Source: Magallana gigas
Taxonomy: Eukaryota
Assembly: GCF_963853765.1 (NCBI RefSeq)
Contig: NC_088859.1
Coordinates: 38,812,001-38,876,000 of the forward strand
DNA length: 64,000 bases
Direction of reading: 5' to 3'
Of the stretch, positions 1-14,575 are shown in pieces. Numbering within the stretch: position 1 is the first letter of the stretch; each line of letters starts with the position of its first letter. Both the position numbers and the translations under genes were made by a program. The notes beneath the pieces were generated by a model. That model was not told the DNA's origin. It did no database searches and saw nothing but the letters and a program-made list of their open reading frames with translations.

Positions 1-3000
1 AAATGTCTGCTTCTTGATGTTCCATAAAATATATACACCACACCCTAAAATATTGACTGATTAATGGCAAGTTCCTTCACAGAAAAAATAAAATAATTCT
101 TATAACTTAAAATTCTGAACAGGTTTACTTTTGATCAGTAAATAGATTCCTTCACTTTGGAACTGCTCTTTTGAAATTAACATAGTTTGGTGAAATATGA
201 TGTAAGGCCAATTGTTTAATCTATGTTGTTTAATTATCTACCAACTAAAACTTTGCCAAAATATAATTATCAATTTGCCCTGCAAGAGACCAGTGCCACA
301 CTTACCATAGAGGGGCTAATGTCTGACTGTTTATCACTGCAGTAAAATTGTCAGAAGGAGGAGATATTACTCCAAAACAATTTAGAACCATATATGAAAC
401 AAAAAGTGAGCTAGCTCACATACCCCATACTTCTCCATTTCTTGACAGTACTACAAATAATAAGTGGCAGGGTATACACTAAGGAGGCTTGGTGACCAAC
501 AAATTACCCATCAGACCTACAGGTAGCGTAAATTTTTAGATATTATTTGTTATTTTTATAAGTTATAAACTGTAATTTCGTGAAGAAAAATTCCATATAG
601 TTTAGCTTTTGGATTTGAGTATTTTCCTCTATCTTTATACAGAGTTTTTCTAAAGGAGATCAATACAGTCTAAAGACCATCCAGCCTTCTTAATCCCAAA
701 AAGTCATCCCAACAAAATTTCCAGCAAATATGCACATCTATACTTTTGTCTTTAACAACAAAATTCTAAACTCAAAAGTACCAAAATCCCCCGAATATCC
801 TGGTTATATGCACATATACACATTGTGTCTTATTCCCTACCAAGTTTTGGGAATTATATATATATGTACAGTGGTTTAGGAGGAGTTGTGCTTACAAACT
901 GTTCATTACTATATTTAATAAATGGCCAAAAAGCCAACATACTTGGAAAAATGATGGAACCAGAAAATCTTGGTAATATGCACATCTACACATTGTGTCC
1001 TAAAAGTTTCAGGAAATTCTGTGCAGCAGTTTAAGAGGAGTTGCACTTAATTATAAACAAACAAAAAACACCTGACTGACTGACAGACTATCGACATAAG
1101 GACTGACTGCTGGGTCAAAAATATCATACTACCTGCAACAAGTAATGTTGGGTACAATAATTTTAAATAGAATAGAATAGAAAAAATTTTGTCTCCAACT
1201 CCTCCAATATCTTTTAAACAAATGTTACAGCTTAACCCTGCTGAACTGAACACCTCTGGAGCGAAAAAAAATTTCTGGCATTAAAAAACCAGTACAGTAA
1301 ATGAAGACTTACATTGTATTTCATGGGATCATTTTCATCATTACTGTGTGAAGGGGCTCCAACTGCTACATCTAAAACTCCGTCCAAATTGATGTCAACC
1401 ACTGCTAAACTTGAACCAAATCTTGATGGTTGCTACCAAAGAATTAACACAAAGTTCTTGTTTAACACATGATGCCAAAAAAAAGTTATCTTCCTTTAAA
1501 GGAATTTTTGTGCATATATATAAAGCAGCTGCAAGGAGTTCTCAAGAATATATTTAAGAATGCCATTTATTTTTAAGAAGGTTTTTAAGGATGTCATTGA
1601 TCAGATACTCAGAATAACACAGTAAAATAAAGAGACTTGATTCCATATTTACAATTGTGAAACTGTGAGTGAATAATTAGTTGGTTACATTGGATGGTGA
1701 ATCTATGTGGCCGGTGCAATTAAGTGTGGTGTTATCAAGATTGACAGCAATATACCCAAATCCAGGCAACCCTGTTTTATTTCCTGTTGTTAATTAATAT
1801 ATCACTTATTAATAAAGTTTATAATATGCTATGTACATTAAACTATAGAATTAAATCACTCAATAGGGTTCATAGAATTAAAAACCTAAAACTGATCAAT
1901 TTATAATAAAATTCTCTTTATAGAATACTTTTGGATACTATTATCATTATGGTAAAAGAAAAAACAGTCATGTATGTATACTGTCTACAATGCTTTCTAA
2001 ATGACACCCCCCCCCCCCACTTCCAAAATTTTTTCTTCAAACTTACCAAACAGGGTGAAAACTTTGCCTGTCTGTGGTAATTTTGTCTTAGAATAACCAG
2101 GCGCACCGACAATCAAGTCTTGGAATCCATCCGAATCCACATCACCGCTAGCCAAGGCCCTGAAATAGATCAAACAAAGGGTCGTGTTTATTCACATTAA
2201 TCAGCTCTTAAACAATGAACATTTGTAAAATAATTATCTGTAAATGTGTAGGTGACACCAATTGATCCGTGAATTTTAACCGACAAAACAAATAATTGCA
2301 ACTTCAGCTTACAACCCTTATATAAACATACAAAGTGTTGAAAAACATATTCTGCTCGCGCATGTTTTATGAGTCTTCAGTTTGTTTTGGCGATGATAAA
2401 TAAATCGTTCAGTATGGGAATATGTGTCACACGATATTTTTTTTCTAAAGGCCAAAAAGCTGCAAAATTTAGGATCGCGCGGTCAAATAATGAGCACTTG
2501 TAAATCCTAATTATAAGTGATCGTGTACAAATAAGATGTGCTTGCATTGCACTGCGTCGTTTTTTAAGAAAGATTTTCAAGAAGACAAAATCCTTAATTC
2601 CAGTCCTGAAAAAAAAAACCCAGATTTTAATGCAGTGTACGTAATTATGTATTTATGGATGTCTAACGTTATACGAATTTAAAGATGCAAAATAAGATGT
2701 TTTATTTCACAGAAATCCATTGCTGAAAAAACCCCGTTTTTCATGCAGCTAGTGTACTTATGTGTATATATATATGGATTCCTTAAAGATATTACGAATT
2801 TTAAAATGTAAGCTTCTGTGGGCAATTTCATGATCCTGTTAATTGCGGTTGACAATTTTCGGTCTTTGAACTTCGGCCAAGAAATATACATCATTACGTA
2901 ATCGCTGGCTACCCCAGTTTCCAACGGTTCTTTGAAGTGAAGCCGAGAGAGTAAGACCCGAATTTGGACTGATCTATTTTAGCCGAGGCAAGTGAAGGAT

Positions 3001-6000
3001 TGTCGTTTCAAAATCAAACCTTTCAGTGGTTAATGATATATGTTTTTTTAAAACATTTTTTGTAAATATTGAAAATAAAAGTATATTAATTATTTTTAGT
3101 TTTAAAACTTTGATAAAACTTGCATTTTGATTTTATTTATATGCTGAACACCCCTCTAATATGGAATACCCTAACAGTTAAAGCTGCAGGTGTCACTAGG
3201 TTTAGCATCCTACACGCTGTTCTGAAGAAGACGACATGAGTTCCCCAAAAGGTAATTTTTAGCAGTTTAATGTTCATTTATATGATGTAGTGCAGCGCTG
3301 CAAATTACTTAATTTTATTAACTGAAGAACACGAGTCTTTGAAAACCTAATTTTCTTAATAATTTTGCGTTAAAATTGTTAAAAGTTTCTTGAAACTCGG
3401 AAAGTTTCTTGAACGTAATTACATGTCCTCATAGGTTTTTAGTCCTTTAGTCTTCAATGCATCATTTCATTTGAGCTGATGCATTAGCGATTAGCTTTTA
3501 ATCCATATTATAGTTATCTAGAATAATTTAACTGTTTAATTAGGATATGTCAGGATCTCCCAAATAGGATTAAAAGGAACTATGATCAATTGATTGAACA
3601 TTATTTGTTATCATCTTCTATAAAAATATGAAGTTAAGACTGTGATTCAAGATGAGTGTAGTGTATAATAATGTGCACTGGTCATGCTACATTCATTCTT
3701 ATCTGTGGTAATGTCTGCACCAGCAGTCAGTTGAAAACGAATCTAAATGACCAAGATATGAATATATCGAGACTATATGACTTAGTTTTATTGAATAAAT
3801 ATATTACAATTTATAAAAATAGATTTAATGATAACATATATGTAAAATTTACTCTGTTATGAAATGCATTGTATTTAATTTTTTTGGAGAAAAAAAAATA
3901 AGTGAAACATTTCTTATGCCTCAAGAAGGAAGTAGTGAATGAATTGATTGCATTAGACTGCATAGTTGTGTTTGCAAAAAAAAAATTGATTTTAATTATA
4001 ACGCAAGCATATGCATGATATTGGCATGAAAAATACATTTCACAGACAGTATTTGCAATGACTAATGTCGCATGATGTTTCAAGACCTCTAAAATTGTCT
4101 CCTAGTTCGTGGGCAAAGATTATAATATTGACTCGCATGCCAAAATGTTAAAAAAATCATATCTTGATTGAATCTTAATTGGTTTTGTATGTAGACTATT
4201 ATTGTACATATTTGATTGCAAAATATTAAAAAAAATATATATTTATAGCTAGGCTTGGTGTTTCTAAAACTTAAATAATAGCCAAAAATAAAAGTTTTTG
4301 TTCCGTTATTTTTTATTACATATTAGATTTTGGACTACGAGTTCATATAACATCAAATACTGCAAGATTTGGATACTAGTAGTTTATCCTTTTGACATAT
4401 TACCCTCTGTTTTTCCCTTGGCTGGTCAGAAATGAGAGTTAAATTTTTTGTTGAAAAATATTTTGCTCTTGCTTGAACTGGTTACTTTAGATGTTTAATT
4501 ATGTAATATCAGGCAGAATTTTATGCAACTTTAAAATATGCAGAGGACTATATATGACATTAGCCTAATATGGCCCCCTAAAATGAACATCATCAATGTA
4601 CTGTTATTCATTGCTTTTTTGTATAGATAATATACTTATGAAGTTTTGTCATAATTTTGATTTTGATCTAGATGCCCAAAATGTTGAAATATGAAATCAA
4701 AAAGTTAACCTTTTCCCACGATTTTCACAGTTTAACTACAAATGGCTTGTTTTCAAGCAGTTATTCTTTCTTTGGGCAATTGCAAGAACAAACAAAAATA
4801 TTTTCATGAAAGATGTATCCATCCAAGACTTAAAATTAAGTGACAAAGAGTTTGTTCTTGTGAGACTTGTTCCAAGCATTGCACTATATTTCAGAATCAA
4901 AAAAGGAAAAGTAAACTAAATTTTTGACCAATTTTGATTGAATTACAAAAAAAGCGTCATTTCTTGCTTCACATACTGTGAGTGCATGGGTGCATATAAA
5001 TCAAATAAATAGGTAAACAACATATATCAACTATTCTAAGAAAAAATAAATAAAAAATGTAATATACCTGAAACACTTTAAAAATACCAATTTCAACGAA
5101 TAATTGATTGGGGTAAAATTTGACTGGTATCAAATATAGTTCTTTGCAAGAAATTATTCAATTTCCTTTGTTCGGAGTTTTTCCCCTTTATTCATGCAAT
5201 TATTTGTTGTATCTAATGCATTCATTGCAATATATACATGTATTTTGTGTAACATTGTTAAGTTTATGAAAAACCATGTTTAATTACAAATTTTCAATGA
5301 AAAGAGATGGACTGATCAAAACATTTAAGATCCTATTTTTTAATTACTTATATTCATTAGGCCTAAAAAAAAATAATGGTTTGTTTCGGCTTTCATGATG
5401 AGAAAAAGTAGGGTCGGTAGGTAGGATTTTTTTTTTTTAATTTTCAAATAATTTTTTTCCCCTTATTGTAGTATGTATCGAGCAGTTTCCATTAGATACT
5501 GACACTCCTGAATAGTGTAAAATAAGAAATACTTTTTAAATATCTTTCCTGACTATTAAGCTGGCCTAAAGTAAACAATAAAAGATATTATATATAACAG
5601 ATACTTCCTCTGTCAGCGATGAGAGCATAATTATTATCTACAACACATGGAAAAAAAAACATTTGAGTTACACTGATTTGAAAACAGTAACTGCTACAAG
5701 CATTTTTGTGACCAAAATTTGGAGTTAAAAAAAATTCCAAACCGAATCAAAATGGAAATAAACGATTTTCCATCAAAAATCCTTTAAAAAAAGTTTTGAG
5801 ACGGCGGTAAAAGCTAGAGTCAGTCGGGAAAGTGGAAACAAACCATTTTTTTCTTGCGCCTAATTGAAATGTTGAACTTCTCAATTATATATTAGAGGTT
5901 GTAACATTAAAATGCACTTTTACAGAAATGTCTACTGAAAAAAAAATAGCATAACTTCTCAGCACACCCCTTACTTTTTCTGGTAAAACTAAAGCCGAAT

Positions 6001-9000
6001 CGAACAAAAGAAAAGAATTCGATCATGTTTGTATATTGGTATGTTCCACTGATGTCTATAATCTTAACCTTTGAATTTTTCATGGTGGGTAGGTAGTTAG
6101 TTTTTTTTTATAGTTTTTCTTGCATATTGATAATCTGATATTCAAACTATTTTTTCTTGACAAAAAAGCTAAACAAACTCAATCTAAATATGTTATCAAT
6201 ATGACAAGGACAATCAATTTTAGAAAAAAACAATTGATTCAAATGCTGAAAAAAATTCTTGGGTAGGGGTACCTAAAACATCAATTTTTAATTTGGGCTT
6301 ACGCCAAGCTTTATGCATGTTTTCAAATTATAATATGTATGTTTGTGCTTGCTTTTAATTTTCCATGTGTACTTTTGAAAATTATTGCTTATTTACGCAA
6401 TTATGCGCCTTATACATATGTATATGTTGCTTTGTTTTAAGGGAATTTTGGCTCATTTTTAACTTTGAATTTTGGCTATATATTCAATATACCTAATAGT
6501 AAACAGTTTGTAAGTGCAATTCCTCTTCAACCACTGCATTCAAATTTTGTGAAACTTTGTAGGTATTTAGAATACAATATGTAGATGTGCATATTATCAG
6601 AAAAACTCCAATTCCAATTTCTCTGAGAATTCAAATTTCTACTACTACATATCATTATTTTGCTGGGATATTCTGCACTTTTTAACTTGTTGAATATAGT
6701 TGTAGCGTAGTAGTTTTACCTCATTATGGAATTGTTTTGTATTTAATTTTGTACCTAGCTTTTCATTATGATTTATGAGAAGTATTGTCAAGTATTGGGG
6801 AATGTGGGGTAAAAGAGCTTGATCACTTTTCTTTTATATGCATATTCTCAACAAAGCCATTGTTTTACAATGCACATAAAATTTGATAAAAAATCAGATG
6901 CAATATTTAATAAATTTTGTTGGCATTCCTTATTTGATATAAGTATCAAATCTAATTATGCACAGAATAATGAGAATTTCATCCCAAGTTGTAAGCTGTC
7001 AATGTGTCAGCAAACCAGGTATTCTTTAATTGGTGAGAACATTATCCGTAATCCATTGGACTCGACCCTTCATTGATAAACTGTATCCATAAAGGCCGCT
7101 CCAGATCAAAAATAATTATACTTCTACATAATCTGTACAACTAAACTGCAAATAACTTCCTATCTTAAAAACTGCAGGAGTGATTGTCTAGACAGATGAT
7201 CCACCCTGTGTGCAATATTGTGGGGAAAAATACTCCTAAGTTTAAAAGCTGGAATTTTTTCCGAAAAATTCACAAAAACAAATTACAAATAATGTATGTT
7301 CAATTGAACTGCAAAACAAAAAAGTTCTTATCTTGAAAACTTTAGGAGGAGTTATTAAAATCTAAGTAATGTGCACATCTCTTATCTGTAAACAACTGTA
7401 GCCCTTTTCACAAAAAAGGTTTTGCATAAGATTTCAACTTAAGAATATCTTACGAGAAATCTTAAGTGCTTTTCACGAACGCATTCGTAACAGGTTTCAC
7501 TTAAGAATTTACTTACGAGTTATCCTTTCCCTAGCAACGATTTGAATTCACTTAATAATTCTTATAAAACAGAAGAAACATATAAATTAACCAACATTCT
7601 CATTAAAAAGATGCAAAACTGAAATTATATACCAGTTACATCGAGTGAAATCAGTGTGGTGTAGTAGAAATCAAAATAGGACGTCACAATCACAATGTGT
7701 GTTTAGTGTGACATAGGAAAATCTTACGAGAAAAATTTGCCGTAAAAATTTTTGGAGAATTTATTAATTTGTGTATTTTTTCAACAATAACTGCTATATA
7801 ATGCGAAATAATGGTATAATGCGGCTTAAAACATTAAATTTAGCTGTTTTTCTTGTATATTTTACATAATACAATTATTATTTACAGTTTTGAAATACTT
7901 ACGAGAGGGTATGTGCTGTCGTAAAGTTACGACAAATTTTACACGTAAGAATCTCATAAGACGTTTTGTGAAAATGAATAAAAACTTAAGTTTTCACTTA
8001 CGATAAAAATTAATCGTAAGTTTTTTTGTGAAAAGGGCTACTGATCTGCAAAATAAAATATCTTGTCTTGAAAACTGTAGGAGGAGTTATCTGGCTAAAT
8101 GGGGTACCTTTTTGGCATCCTCCCGCCCACCATTTTTACCATTTTTTTACCATTTCAATAACCAGATTTTTCCTATGGAAAACCCTGTTAAAAATGGCTT
8201 GAACTTAGGAATAAGGAATCATTCTTTAAGTATTGATATTATGAGATCAATAGGGTCAGGGCATGATCAAATCCAATAAGGCCAAAGGAAGGACTACATG
8301 CTGTATTATGCAATTCTCTCCCCCCCCCCCCCCCCTCCCTTCCAATGTTAAAGTTCTAATATAGAAGCTTTAAAATAAGATTGAACATAGTTGAAATTAT
8401 ATCAAAAATATGGGATGTTTGTGAAACACTTAAAGGGCTGACAAATCCGATTGCCTGACGCCTGGGGCAAGTGATTTTTCCGATAGGGCAAGTAAAAATT
8501 CGGTAGGAACTTGCCCGTGGGCAAGTGACTTTCCGATCAGGCAAATATTCGCATATATGTACGGAAAATGAAAGTACCGTATTTTGCCGAATATTATTAA
8601 ATATGCACTTTTTCATAGAAAATTCTTTATGAACTAAGGGTGCTTAAATTATACACCATGAGGCTGATAGGATTTTGACATTTTTTTTCCTGGTGCATCA
8701 GGGCTATCAACATTGAATAAAATTCTCACTACTGTTCTTCAGTACTACGTACTGATCTTGTGTTTGTTTATTGTAATGTTTAAAACTTATTTAATCTTTG
8801 TTAGAGCTTTTAATTGCAAAAACTGTTTTGATTATAATCTGTTCACAGATAAATACTTATATAAAATGGCAGTTTAACATAAACTTTAGCTGTTTATTCT
8901 ATGTTCAACTTCTTTGAACTGTGTTCACCGTCTCCATGTACGCCGCCATAACTGATGCTAAAAATAGGTATGTGCCCGTTATCACTCGCTAATCATAATC

Positions 9001-12000
9001 ATAGCCTAAAGCTTTTTAAAAATTAAAATATCAGGCTTAATAAATATGATTAGATATAATTAGTTAAATTAAACAACTCACTGAAGATTCATTTAACCTT
9101 TATTTTTAACACCTCTGTGGCTTTATTTAAACCACGGTTGTGAACGCATGTGCACTTGTCACGTATTATCTTGGACATTTACCTTAGGTGAAAGAAATTA
9201 TCAAAACACCCAAAACTGTTAATAAAATGTTTATTTTTTACCTTTACAACAAATCTAATAAAATATCAATATGTAAAGTGTTGATTTTCTTTAAATACAC
9301 ATTCTTCAAGAGGAAGAGATGTTAAATCCAGATGATATACGGTATATTTCATAAAGAGTATTAAAAGTGGAAAAATAAAGGGCAAAAACATTGAACGGTA
9401 TGTTTATTTTTATATTCAAATAAAGAATTTGGTAGGGCTAGTAGATATTGAGGTAGGGCAAGTAAATTTTGCCTAGCCGCTTGCCCAAGGGCAAGTGCTT
9501 AAAAAATGTATTTGTCACTCAGCCCCTGCATTTTTGCCCGGGCCCTCCTTTGGAAACATCCACAGAGAAAATGAACACAAACTGCAAACATTGGAACTTT
9601 TATAGGGGCATAACTCTGTCGAAAATTGCTTGATCGTACTTAATACCAAACTTGACCTAGGTATTATTATGATTAATAAGTATACTATAATTCATTTCAA
9701 TATATGCAACCTCTGCAAAGAAAATGAACAGAAACTGCAAATAATTGGATTTTTTATTTACGTCCAAGGTGCATCACTGTGTCAAAAAATGCAAGACCGT
9801 ACCCAAAATCAAAATTGACCCAGATATTATTATGATCATTAATCTGTACACCATGTTTCATTCCAATATCTACAATAACAGGGAAGAAAATGAATGGAAA
9901 CTACTGGTGCACCGACAGACATTTGCACATCAGCAAAGCAATATGCCTAGCCCTCTCTTCTTCGAAGGGGGAGCATAATAAGTTTATACAGGTATAAGGT
10001 TATTGGCCAAGTAATGTCATTATGTAGAAATTTTGTAAAAAAGATTTTGATAAATGAATGATTAGGAGCAAAATATGGGTGTTTTGTGACGGGTTTTTGA
10101 CTGGGAAATATCTAGCTCATGCTTGCTCAAGTATCATTTTTAACATTAATGTGTATGATTACATGTAAAAAAAATCTTACTTCAGCTCTATACTTCCAAA
10201 GGCAAAATTGAAGGAAAATTGACAATATTTTCATTTGTTTGCAAAATTGCAGGAATTTTTTTTATTTTAGTGACATCATAGATGAACAGCTATTGGACAA
10301 TGATGCCCTATAACAAGATGAATGTGACAAACATTTCAAGAAGATTTGATTTTAATAAGACCCTATTTAAAAATTAATATCTGACTGTATCAAAATATTA
10401 TAGTCCTTTATGACAGATTTACTCACTCCTTAACTGAAATGATCTCCTCATTATATTCTAAGGATAATTTTTTATATAATTTTCAGCAAGTGTATAATTT
10501 AAATATCAAATCCGTCAGTCGCTCGGTCAATTGGTCTGTGTAGTTTACGTTCAGTTTCTTCACAAGGGTTGCAGATACTGATATATCACACATACTGAAA
10601 TGAAATTTGCTATACTGATTAATCATCACAATATTTGGGTCAAGATCAATTTTGGGTACAATCAAGCAATTTTTGACAGAGTTACATCCCTTGGACTTTG
10701 AAAAATTCCAAATATTTGCACTTTCCATTCATTTTTTCACAGAAGTTTTTAGGGGGGGGGGGGCATAAGTGGTTCACAAATAACTCTTGTCATTTAGTAA
10801 GCATGAAAACTCTGCTTGCTCTCCAACAGTAAGTCACCTACGTCAAGGATGAAATTAGGAAACTGTTTTGAATTTGACTTGCTGTGTTATCACAGATAAA
10901 GACACTAGAAAATGTATTGAGTGCCGAATTTTCTGCATTTTCTAAAATTCTCCATACGTTAAATGTGGAAAATAGTCAAAATACTCCCGTCTGCATTTCC
11001 ATATATTAAATACAGGATCCGAGGTGCGGGTAATGTTGTGAAATTGACACTCCTGAATTTGACCTGGTGACTTAAAGGATAGTAGTACGTGTAGTAAGAT
11101 GTATTGGTAAATGACCAGTGTTAGTTGTACGGTACATTAAGTTGTCATTTTCTAGAAATTAATACCCTGTTTTGTTTTTAGATTTCAGTACTCTCTCCTC
11201 CAAGAACTGGCTGTGGGTTGAAACCCCATTGACAGAGGACTTGCTGATGAATGACAAAGACACTTTTAGAGATGACCCAGAAGTATCCATGAGTAATTAC
11301 AGCAGAGGGTCTGAGGTCCAGTATCCCTCCAGTAGCCGCAGGAGGGATCTAACCACCCCCCAGTACTTTCCACCCACTACATGGAGTAATGGCGAGAACC
11401 ATCCAGATCCCAGCTGTCGGTACATTGACAACCCGTTCGCCCTGGGAATGCCTTGGGACATGATGGAAAAGACCTCGGTGCCACCAGCTGAATCTTCTCG
11501 AAGACCATCTTATTCGTCTTCATCCTCTGCCTCCCCTACACCACCCATGACCCTAGGTTTTCAGAATCTGTCTTTGGCCTCAAATTCATCCACCACCCAA
11601 GAAGACAAAGGGTTCAGAGAGGACAGAGGGTGCGTTCTGTGCAAAAAAAACTGTAAGCCAAAGTCCTTCTACTCCACTCATGTATTGAAGGCCAACAACG
11701 GAGTGGTGATTTGTCCAATTCTGAGGGAGTTCACCTGTCCCAGGTGTGGAGCTACAGGTGACCGTGCCCACACACTCAGATTCTGTCCGGTGGCAAGGAA
11801 AGAGAATCACATCTAAACTACCCAGTACTTAACATAATGTGAAAACTCAACAGTGATCGTAACTTCTTTGGCCATACCAGCATAGCTTGGAAAATCCTCA
11901 AAATACGAACTGGAGTCCATTTCCATCAGTTTGAAGTTCATGAAACAATTGTCTTTAATATAGTATTTTAAAATAATATACATGGGATTGCAATCAATAT

Positions 12001-14540
12001 TTTTAGCACCCAAAAGTTTTAAAATGTACAGACACATTATTAAATGTTTAAGAATGAGACAAATGCATACATTTCAGGATATGCACTGTTTTTGGCAGGG
12101 CCAAAAAAGATGTGAATGCTGACTCAAGGAACAGATTTTAATAAATATGATAATTTGTGTGTAAATTTATACAAATATTGGATTTGAATTTTATTTTATA
12201 ATAATTTTATAGCTATGCTGAGGATTCATTTTCAATGAATGATAAAATTGGAACTCATTCTGCATTGATTTTAGCAAAAATTTTACCATAGTAAAGTCTC
12301 AATTTAATAGGCCTCACCTTTTCCACAATGTAATGTAAATACAACTTTCATTGATAGTTTGTATGAATACTAGTTATATGTATGAATACTAGTTATATGT
12401 ATGAATACTAGTTATATGCACTCAGGTTGTACAAACACCTAAAGGGACCATTTTGGTCCATTTTGTTGAAAATATGAACATTTTAGTATCGATTTATTTT
12501 TACATAGATAATAGTAGCTTTTTATAAAAATTGTGATTAATTGAATACTTACTTGAATAAAATTTTGGAATATATCTTGTTGTTCATTTTACTTACCATC
12601 CCAATTTGGCAAAGGTGTTGTTTACAAAATAGTCCCCGATGTAGTCTAAACTACCTACTCTCTGTTTTTGCTTGTGATTCTGCTTCACCTTGAATTTTTT
12701 CTGAGAAGTTATAAAAAAATATTGGTAGTCTGGCTGTATCAAAATACTTGCAGCTGAAGAAATTTGCTGTCATTATTTTCTCAGAATTTCAAAGCACTGT
12801 AAAGCAGGCTTGTGGTTCATAGCCCAGGATCAGGAAATATCTTGAAATTCAAAGTCTTTATCATGTTTTCAGAAATCCATTACCTATTAAGTAATAACAG
12901 ATTGACAATTAAAATGTGAATGCAGGGATATGCATGTACAAATTGTACAAATTCTGGCTTGAGTTGTAAGATAGCTCCATGATCTCAGTGTGCAAAATTT
13001 ATGATGACCATTCAAATGATCTATTCATATAGATGAACAAATTGATTAAGAATATCTCCTTCAAAGTTAAGTTGAATCCAAGGGTCATAATCTTGAAGTA
13101 GGTGAAGGACTTAACAGACCAAGAACCCACTGATTGTTAAAGAAAATTGAGTATAAATAACTTCAGTTTGCTTAAAAAGTCCTTGAGTTACTACAGGTAA
13201 ATCAGATACTTACCCAAAATAATTTTGAAGGAAGGACTATGATGCCGCCTTTTTCTTGTAACTGATCAATATCTGTAAAATCTACAGGGCCGCTGATGTA
13301 ATCAAATGCCCGAGACTTAACAGTCCAGTAATCTCTTGATGTGAAAGTTGCATGCTGTAGTGTGGTGCTCGCATTGCACTGAATCTGTAGGGGATTTGTT
13401 GGTATCACACAATTACTGTAAAATACAGAACTTGAACTTGTATATGGATAGTAAGAGCTTTATGTACAATTTATAAAAGAGTTAAATTACATATTTACAT
13501 ATACCGGTGCTCTTATATAAAACAAAAAAATTGCAGATGGGACATTTTTTACATTTTAGATAAAACAAGATATCTGTGAGCCAATGCTCACTAGCGATAC
13601 CCCCGCTCTGATGTGAATATGCAAAATAAGCAAAGTCGACATTTAACAGAAAGCTGGCATCCGATTGGTACAAAAATATATCCCACAATATGGCATGCCT
13701 TAACAAATAGTGTGTTAAAATTTCAAGCATCTGCGATAAATAGCTGCTGAGAAATCTTTGAGAAAAATTTGTTTGAAAATTTTGACTAAAATAAACAAAG
13801 TACTCGTTTAACAGGAAGTTGACGTCCGATTGGTACAAAAATATATCCCATAATATGGCATGCCTATACAAATACTGTGTAAAAATTTCAAGCATCTGCG
13901 ATAAATAGTTGCTGAGAAATCTTTGACGAAAATTTGTTTGAAAATTTTGGTCAAAAAATTAGCAAAGTCGTCATTTAACAGGAAGTTGACATCCGATTGG
14001 TACAAAAATATATCCCACGATATGGCATGCCTTAACAAACACTGTGTAAAAATTTCAAGCATCTGCGATAAATAGTTGCTGAGATAAATGCGACAGAAAT
14101 GTTTGTTACGGAAGGACAGACAGACAGACAGGCACACAAGGGTAAAACAGTATACCCTCTCTCCTTCGGAGCGGGGGTATAAATATGATTTAGAATATAT
14201 GGCTTTCTACAAAATATTATTAATGAATGAAAAAAGATTTTAGTTAATTGGTATTTCATGGCCCTATGAACCTATGGTGGTTTTGGATAGAAATCTTGAC
14301 AACAACATGTCAGTAAGTACCTAAGACGTTTGGGGTAAACTAAGTCACTAGTGACCTATTGCAATTGGTCTCCATCCATCGCTGTGCATTGTTTGTTAAC
14401 AATTTTGCATTTTTTTCAGGATAAGAGGAATCTGATTTGTAACAATGACCTTACCAGGATTGGGGCCTCATGATAAGGGTCAAATATGCAAGAAAAGGCC
14501 AAATTTTTAAACATTTTCCCCTCTAACCCAAGCAATTTAA

Positions 14541-14575
<35 letters not shown>

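Noticed and set aside
309-455. Two apparent minus-strand micro-exons (AG...GT bounded) in the last visible GPLD1 intron
   Set aside because: Exon 15 joins exon 16 (GVVYIFYG) in phase without them, and their translations match nothing expected.
13482-14259. Overlapping minus-strand ORFs of 75-137 aa with repeated peptides
   Set aside because: They are translations of the 165-167-bp tandem monomers of a non-coding repeat.
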